DNA of 64,000 nucleotides from Dictyostelium discoideum (Eukaryota): NCBI GenBank assembly GCA_000004695.1, contig CM000151.3, positions 5,920,001 to 5,984,000 of the forward strand, read 5' to 3'. Shown piece by piece: positions 56,735 to 64,000 of this stretch (position 1 is its first letter; each line of letters starts with the position of its first letter). The notes under the pieces were generated by a model. It saw only the letters and a program-made list of their open reading frames with translations, ran no database searches and was not told where the DNA came from. The position numbers and the translations under genes were made by a program.

Positions 56735-57947
56735 AATAATAACCATTTTATTGTTATATTTTAAAATTCCTTAAAACAGATTAATTGAAATTTTTTATTT
56801 ACTACCCCTTCAATGACATTGTATATCATTTCTTAAAATTATTATTAAGTTGTGTTTCTGTTTAAGGTAATTCTCCCAATATTCCTTTAATTATAAAAAT
56901 AGGATTACTTGTAATTGGTGGGTAAAAAGATCTGTTACTAAACAAAGAACAACAACACCTATCACAATTAATATCGTTGTTATTAACTCTATAATCTTGT
57001 CTAAAATAATTTTTTAATAAATGGTATTGGGTACTATTATTAGTTTTTTTTTTTTTAAAAAAAATTCACCACACTATCAGATATCATTTCCTTTTTTTTT
57101 TATTTGATTTTTTTTTTATTTGTTTTTTTTATTTTAAAATAATTAAAATAATAAAAACTACACCTAAAACAAATTTACAAATTTTTTAATAATTTCACAC
57201 ATCCACACTTGAAAAATTAATTTTTAACATCAAAAAAAAAAAAAAAGAAAAATAAAAATAGTAAAATTATGTGATTACCTTTTTTTTTTATTATTATTAA
57301 ATTATTATTTTGTATTATTATTAATTTACATATAATTTGCAATAAAATAATAATTATTTGATAATCTTGATATTGTCATTAAAATATTATTTTTAAAAAA
57401 TTTTTTATTAAACTAAAAAAAGAAATTGTTGTAAAAAAGAAACACTAAACATAATATTTTTTAATTATCTTTAATATAAGATATTTTAAAACAATATGAT
57501 TTATATTTTATTTACAATGATTTTGATAATATAATATACATGTTAACTATACTTTAAATTAAAAAAAATATTAAAAAAATCAGTTTCATATGATTTTTTA
57601 AATATTCACCCATCATAAAAAATAAATTAATATCCCACGAAATAATTTTTTTTTAAATCATCCACTCCCTATTGAAATAAATAATGTTGAGTTGTTGAAT
57701 TTAGGTAATTTACAAAAAAATAAAAAAATAAAAAAAAAAGAAATAATTTTTTAATTATCCACGAACTTTGTTTTTAAAGGTAATATCTATGCGAACAAAG
57801 ACAATTCTATTTTTTATCAAACAAATAATTTCAAAAAAACAATATACTATACAATTAAAGATTTGATATTAAACTTTAAGTAGATCATACTAGGATTTTA
57901 TTATTTTTGTAATGTTAAATGAAATTAAAAATTGATGTTTAATTTAT

Positions 57948-58728
57948 TTAAATACTTTTGAGAGTGATAGTAAAACCGGATACATCATCTTGTACAATTT
58001 CACAGTTTGTTGGCCATCCTTCAGTTTTTCTGTATGATACGGTATTGTTTGATGGGGTGTATTTAAAATAAATACTTCCATTAGCAAAGACTTGACCAGG
58101 CCATTTTATTTCACGAATTGAAATTTGGCATACTATTTTAAACAAAAAAAAAAATTAATATTATTATTTAAGTTATTATTATTAATAATATTATTATTTT
58201 TAATATTGGAAGTATTTACCAATTTCAGAATCTGGTGGATTTAATTCTGGGATTTGAACACCAGAGTAATCTCCGCCACTAACAATTTCAACACCATTTA
58301 ATTGGTATGGAATAACAGTAAGTTTGAAATCGTTTGGATCTCTACCTTGTACATTGTGTTTAAATCTAATATCAACAGAGTATTTGAATTGAACATCAAT
58401 TCTGATTTAAAAATTATTTTTTAAAAAAAAAAAAAATTAATAAAAGGATTTTTGTGAATAACCCACAAATTATGAACTAAACTACATACGCTTGGACAAT
58501 ATCAACATTAGGTAATTTATCAGTAATATCTGGATATTCACCACCAAGGAATGTTTGCATTGTTCCATTTTTATCCCAAATATTAACTTTGCAGAATTTT
58601 CCAACCTTGAGAGATCTTAAAGCGCCAGCTTGGTTTCCGTATCTACTTCCATTTTGTAAAGACCATTTCTCACCTCCAAAGCTCTTTTCTTTAAAAATTA
58701 TACTCTCCTTATCACCAAGTGTAGACAT
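57948..58728 (-). CDS. Calcium-dependent cell adhesion molecule DdCAD-1-like protein (cadA paralogue). It has 3 exons, 58728..58490, 58401..58220 and 58132..57948, giving about 201 aa.
   Basis: Exon 1 reads [28 protein letters not shown]...[14 protein letters not shown]...LPNVDIVQ + GC|GTATGT. Exon 2 reads (A)[60 protein letters not shown] + G|GTAAAT. Exon 3 reads (V)[60 protein letters not shown]. It aligns to DdCAD-1 (...[40 protein letters not shown]...[43 protein letters not shown]). The phases are 2/1 and are consistent. Confidence 0.8.
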
Positions 58729-58832
58729 TTTTAATTATTATTATAAATTTATACTATTGAAAATTTAATTTATACTTTTCTATTTTTTAATTATTATTAC
58801 TATTGAAAATTTAATTTATACTTTTCTATTTT

Positions 58833-58875
<43 letters not shown>

Positions 58876-59429
58876 AAAAATTATTATTATTATTTTTATT
58901 TTAATTTCAATTTTTTGGGTATTTAAATTGTGACTACCAATGATGAGACAGTTGCCCCCCAAAAATGCTTCTGATTTTGTGTGTAAATTACAATAATAGC
59001 TTGGGGGTGAAATCAACAAATTTGTAATTTATAAAAATAGGTGATCAATGCAATATTACCCCCATTAAATAATGATTTTATGGGTTAATTACAAAAATAA
59101 CTTGGGGGTGACCAGTTTTTTTTATTTTTTTATAAAAACAAAATAAATAAATAAATAAATAAATAAATAAAATTATGTTATTTAAATAATGACATCCCAA
59201 ATTTATTTTTTTCGATGTGTACTATTTATGAATAATATTAATCAATCAATTTCAATTCATCCTTTTTTTTTTCTCTTCTTATTACTAATTAAAAATTTTG
59301 GTGGCTTAATTAATTAATTTATTAAATAAAAAAAACAATCATTTTAAAAAACTTTTTATAAAAAAATTATATATTTAGTTTTTGATCGGCAGACTTATTA
59401 TTTTTAACCTTAAAATAAGGTGTTTTCTG

Positions 59430-59469
<40 letters not shown>

Positions 59470-60032
59470 TTTTTTTTTTTGGTGTGAAAAAAAAATTATT
59501 TGAAATTTTAGAAAGTGATTGTTTTAGTGTGTGGATTTATAATTTTAAAAAGCTAAAATCACAGTTTTTAAGGTTTTTTTTTTTTTATTTTTTGAAAACT
59601 TAATTTAATTTTATCGGGTAGAATTTTTTTTTTTTTAAATTTCTTTTATTTTGTTTTTTTTTTTTGTATTATCCTTTAATTAATTTCAACATGCAAATCA
59701 TTTTTAGAAAAAAAAAAAATATCTTTTTTTTTTTTTTTTTTTTATATATATTTTTTTGAAGATCTTGGTTAAATTGAAAGTGTTTGTTTATAAAACTGTT
59801 TAAATTTAAAAAAATAAAAATGATAACAAAAAAAAAAATATTAATTGTGTTTTTTGTTTAATTGAAGGTGTATTATTTTTTTTATTTTTAAAATAAAATT
59901 TTTTTTTGAAAGTCTTTTTGGGTGAAAAAACAATTATCTGAAATTTTAAAAATTGATTGTTTTGGTTTGTGGATTTCTATTTCAAAAGTTAAAATCACAA
60001 GGTGTTTTAAAAAATATTGAGGTTACTTAGTT

Positions 60033-60071
<39 letters not shown>

Positions 60072-60969
60072 CTTCTACTTCTTTATAAATGTCTAAGTTT
60101 TAAAAACTTTAATTTTAACTTCATCTTTAATTTTATCATTTTTCATTTTTAATTTTATTTCGCATTTTCTATATTTATTGTAAATAATTTCTATGTTTTG
60201 GTATTTTCTTAAAGTCTTTTTTGGAGGAAGAGAAAAAAAAAAAAAAAATGAGGAAAAAAAAAAAAAATATCTATTTTATTTTATTTTATTTTTTTTTTTT
60301 ATTTTTTTATTTTTTTATTTTTTTATTTTTTTATTTTTTTTTATTCAAATTCTTCATTATGATAAATATCTCAGGGTTGCATTGTAAATATTCGAACCCT
60401 TTTTTTATTTTATTTTTTATTTTATTTTTTATTTTTTATTTTATATTTTTAATTTTATTTTATTTATTTTATTTTTTAATCCTAGTAGTTTTTTTTTTAT
60501 TGGATTAAATTATTTATTTTGTTATTTATCCTTGCGAATTACATTTTGGGTTATAATTTAAAAAAAATTGTGACATGTTACAATTTCAAATATAAATATT
60601 AAGTTTATCATATTATTGAATTATTTAATTTATTTTGGTGTTTCCCCAAATAATTGTTTCAAATTTTGTATAATTGTCCGATAGTTATAAACAAATTTAA
60701 AAAAAAAAAATCTAATAATAGATATATTTAATTATTATAATTTTTTTATTTCCTAATATTTATTTATTTATATATTTATTTTTTAATTATTTATTTTTCA
60801 TTGTTAATGGATTTAATAATTAGATAAATTAATTAAAAGGGGGTGGGGTTGTTGATTAATATAATTGGATAGTTGAATTTTGAGTATAGTTGGAAAGACG
60901 ATATTAATTAAAATTCAATTATCAATTGATTTCTATGTTTATTTATGAACTGTAGGTGATTGAGGTGCG

Positions 60970-61169
60970 AAAGGGAAACAATTAGATTAACATTTTTCCA
61001 AAATTTCTGGACACATGTCGTATATGACACTTGGGGATTTTGCGCTATTAGCAATACATAATTTGAAACCATCTTAGCAAGTTTTTAGACATTTGGGATT
61101 GATAATTGAACAAAAAGCTCCGGAGGTTACAATTGATAATAATAATGCAATGAGATTTATTTTATTCAT
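60970..61169 (-). pseudogene. Decayed copy of the small secreted 6-Cys peptide gene, with two in-frame TAA stops
   Basis: The minus strand reads MNKINLIALLLSIVTSGAFCSIINPKCLKTC*DGFKLCIANSAKSPSVIYDMCPEILEKC*SNCFPFAPQSPTVHK*. It is collinear with the intact copy at 61905-62135 and shares about 400 bp of flanking sequence with it. Confidence 0.6.
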
Positions 61170-61536
61170 TTTTATTTTTTTATTTTGTTTTATTTTTTTA
61201 TTTTTATTAAAAATTGAAAGATAGAAATTAGTATTTTAAATTATAAAAAAAAATAAAAAAAAAAATTTTAAATATATTTATATTAAAAAAAAAAAGAAAT
61301 TAAATTTTGAAAAAATAAGTTGGAAATTATTTTTTTTTACAATTTATTTGTTATTGCAATAATCCTAAATAATAACAAGGAAACGAAAAAAAAATTATAA
61401 TTCAAAATAAATAAAAGTGAGTTTTCAAAAAACTTTATTGTTGTAGTTTAGTTTAGTTAAGTTTAAGAATTCCATGTGTTTAATTCCACTCCATTTTCGA
61501 ATTTTTCTCTCCTATTCGGCTGAGTTTAATTTATCC

Positions 61537-61571
<35 letters not shown>

Positions 61572-61904
61572 TTAATAAAAACATAATAATTAATTTTTGC
61601 AACCTAATTATTTCAAGTAAAAAAATAAAAAGGTGAAATTTCTATTATTGGATTAATTATTTTTGAATTTAATAAAGTTTTCAGTTAACTATACAATTAA
61701 CTATTTAGTTTATTAATTATTATTAAACTAATTTTTTGATTAAATAATTTACTTATTTTATTAATGGATTTAATAATTAAATAAATAAATTAAAAGGGTT
61801 TTAGTTGGTTGTAATAAATTAGATAATTGGATATATTGAATTTTGAGTATAGTTGGAAAGACCATATTAATTAAAATTCTATTATCAATTGATTTCTTTG
61901 TTTA

Positions 61905-62135
61905 TTAATGGACTGCAGGTGATCGAGATGGGAGATCAACCATATGCAAGATACAGTTATATAAGCATGTACCTAATGCTTCTGAACAAACTTCGAGCGG
62001 TGCTGAGTCAAAACCGGTAACACAAAATAGGAAAGTATTTTTGCAATCTTTTTTACATTTGGTATTGAAAATTGAACAAAAAGCTCCAGAGGTGGCAATA
62101 GATAATAAAAGTACAATTAGAATTATTTTATTCAT
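61905..62135 (-). CDS. Small secreted cysteine-rich peptide of 76 aa (signal peptide + 6-7 Cys)
   Basis: It reads MNKIILIVLLLSIATSGAF|CSIFNTKCKKDCKNTFLFCVTGFDSAPLEVCSEALGTCLYNCILHMVDLPSRSPAVH*. Its Cys spacing matches that of the decayed upstream copy. Confidence 0.5.
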   Translation of the reverse strand: MNKIILIVLLLSIATSGAFCSIFNTKCKKDCKNTFLFCVTGFDSAPLEVCSEALGTCLYNCILHMVDLPSRSPAVH

Positions 62136-62970
62136 TTTTATTATATTTTGTTTTTTTTATTATTATTAAAAATTTGAAAAATAGATATTGGTATAATATT
62201 TAAATTATAAAAGTAAATAAAATTTTAAAAAGTATTTATATTAAAAAAAAAAAAAGAAAATTTAATTTGAAAAAATAAAAAAAAAAATAGATATAGTTAT
62301 TAATTATTAAAAAAAAAAAATTTGAAAGTAAATGTGCACCCATCTTAAAACCAAAAGAGGATGACTACATCGATTTTTTATTCCATAATTGTTATTTGAA
62401 TATGACGACAATAATTTTAAGCACCTTTTGTAAATCAAAGAAAAAAATAAAAATAATTTTAAAAAGGTAACTTGCCAATACATAGATTTAATACCAATTT
62501 TTTTAAAATATTTGAGAAAAATATTTATAATTTATGAATTCCATTGGTTATTTTAAAATAAAAAAAGTAAAATAATCTATAGATTTTACAGATAATTTTT
62601 AAAACCATGTACAATTTAGTGTGTGGGTGAAAAAAATAAATTTAGATTTAACAAAAAAAAAAAAATTAAAAAAAAAAATAAATAAATAAATGAAAAAAAT
62701 AAAATAGGAACTGGTTTAAATTGTTAAAAGTCATAATGATAAAAAATGTCAACTTGTGAAATAACAAGTGGTAATTGTAGAATTTTCCATTGATTTTAGC
62801 AGTTGATGGTGCAATAATTATTCCAAATACTAATTTTATTCATTCATTTTTAATTTATTCCTTGAGAATTTAAGTTCTAATTCAAAAAAATAATTTATTT
62901 TTAATTTTATTTATTAATTGAGAATTTAAACTAACTACATTTATAGTTATATTTTAATTTTTTTAGTGGC

Positions 62971-63004
<34 letters not shown>

Positions 63005-63915
63005 TAATTATTTATTTTTTATTATTTATTTGTATTAATTTAATGAATTAATATTTTATTTATTCATTGACAAATTAAATAAATAAAATTACATTTAGAG
63101 TTATAATTTAATATTAATATTAAAATGTTTTTTTTTAAACTAATTTCAAGTGGGGTTAACTTTTTTTTTTTTTTCATTTTTTATATTTTATTTTTTAAGT
63201 TTATATGTTTCATGTAAAATCAAAAAGGGATTTTTTAACCCCTAATTTCACCCTTGAAAAAAACACTTAATAAATTTAATAATATTTGGCAATAAAAATA
63301 AATAAAATGTATTCTTTATTCATTAATTAATAATATTTATGAAGTGCAATATTTAATTATGTGCTTTTTAAAATTTTGAGGGAAAAAATTAGACAATTTT
63401 AAAAAACTAAACGCACTATGGACATGGTTTCAAAGTTGGAAAGTCCTAAAAAAAAAAAAAAAGCTTCAAATTCATTATGGATTCTATTGGATCATTATAC
63501 AAAACATTGTAAGATTTCCCAAAGAATTCATAAAAGTAATAATGTTTTCATTGGTTTCAATATTAATGAAAGATATTTTGGTATGATTGCACTGACGAAG
63601 AATGTAAAAAGAAAACACAACAAAAAAAAATTCAAATAAAACTAAATCAAAAAAAAACCATAAAACAATGGAATTCGATGAAGATTTTTTCAATTAAAAT
63701 TCTATAAAAATAAAAAACAAAATAAAAAAAATAAATTTTATAAAAAAAAAAAATGTTTGAAAATATAAAATCATTAATCTTCACAGCAGTTTCTTTATTA
63801 TTCTCTTTTTTTGTTATCATAGTGATTCAATTAAAATCTTGGTGAGGCAGTTTTGGAAACAATAGACGATTCATAAACCCCAAACTTCATTACAACAAGA
63901 ATCATTAAAATTACA

Positions 63916-64000
63916 ATGTACATGCAAACCATTATAAAACAATCGAAAAGTATCGATGAAGATTTGGTACAAGGAACTAAAAAATGGGAAGAAGCAAGAG
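63916..64000 (+). CDS. 5' end of an unidentified gene (3'-partial at the window edge)
   Basis: ATGTACATGCAAACCATTATAAAACAATCGAAAAGTATCGATGAAGATTTGGTACAAGGAACTAAAAAATGGGAAGAAGCAAGAG translates to MYMQTIIKQSKSIDEDLVQGTKKWEEAR... It is coding-like in composition and is open to the end of the window. Confidence 0.3.
   Translation, partial: MYMQTIIKQSKSIDEDLVQGTKKWEEAR

Noticed and set aside
63418-63693. ORFs 63418..63639 on the plus strand (MDMVSKLESPKKKKK...) and 63484..63693 on the minus strand
   Set aside because: They overlap each other in AT-rich sequence and have no recognisable domain or codon-bias signal. They could be UTR of the partial gene starting at 63916.

Overview
This 64 kb window is extremely AT-rich nuclear DNA with the hallmarks of Dictyostelium discoideum: poly-Asn and poly-Gln codon tracts (AAT and CAA runs), homopolymer A/T intergenic tracts, and short AT-rich introns with GTAAGT...AG ends. 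It is a eukaryotic chromosomal segment, so there are no operons or CRISPR arrays. I read 20 complete or partial protein-coding genes, several of them spliced (exon structures are deduced by hand from donor/acceptor sites and frame continuity). The recognisable products are: an MCM4 replicative helicase; a SETD6-like SET-domain methyltransferase; holocytochrome-c synthase; an ALIX/Bro1 protein reconstructed as 794 aa from 4 exons; an SRPK-family kinase; Mtr4 RNA helicase (2 exons); a Thg1-like tRNA-His guanylyltransferase; an hspG-type small HSP; a DdCAD-1-like adhesion protein (3 exons); an ArAE/FUSC-family membrane protein; a divergent PP2C-like protein; a tandem pair of B-box/FNIP-repeat genes, one of them clearly a pseudogene; a 1385-aa protein that joins a fimbrin-type tandem CH actin-binding domain to an ERLE-repeat coiled coil and an IQGAP-type RasGAP domain; and several hypothetical or low-complexity proteins. 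RNA genes are tRNA-Asn(GUU) and tRNA-His(GUG), each with a downstream external B box, and three Class I ncRNA genes carrying the CCTTACAGCAA-type motif, two of them with a DUSE promoter box about 60 to 90 nt upstream. Other notable points are a tRNA-His gene lying next to a Thg1-like gene, a tandem pair of small secreted 6-Cys peptide genes with one copy decayed, a duplicated DUSE + GTGGAT unit that may mark further ncRNA genes, an E2F-type GCGCCAAAA site in the MCM4 promoter, and a frame-disrupted gene at 9.4-10.4 kb. All coordinates were derived by hand and may be off by a few nucleotides.
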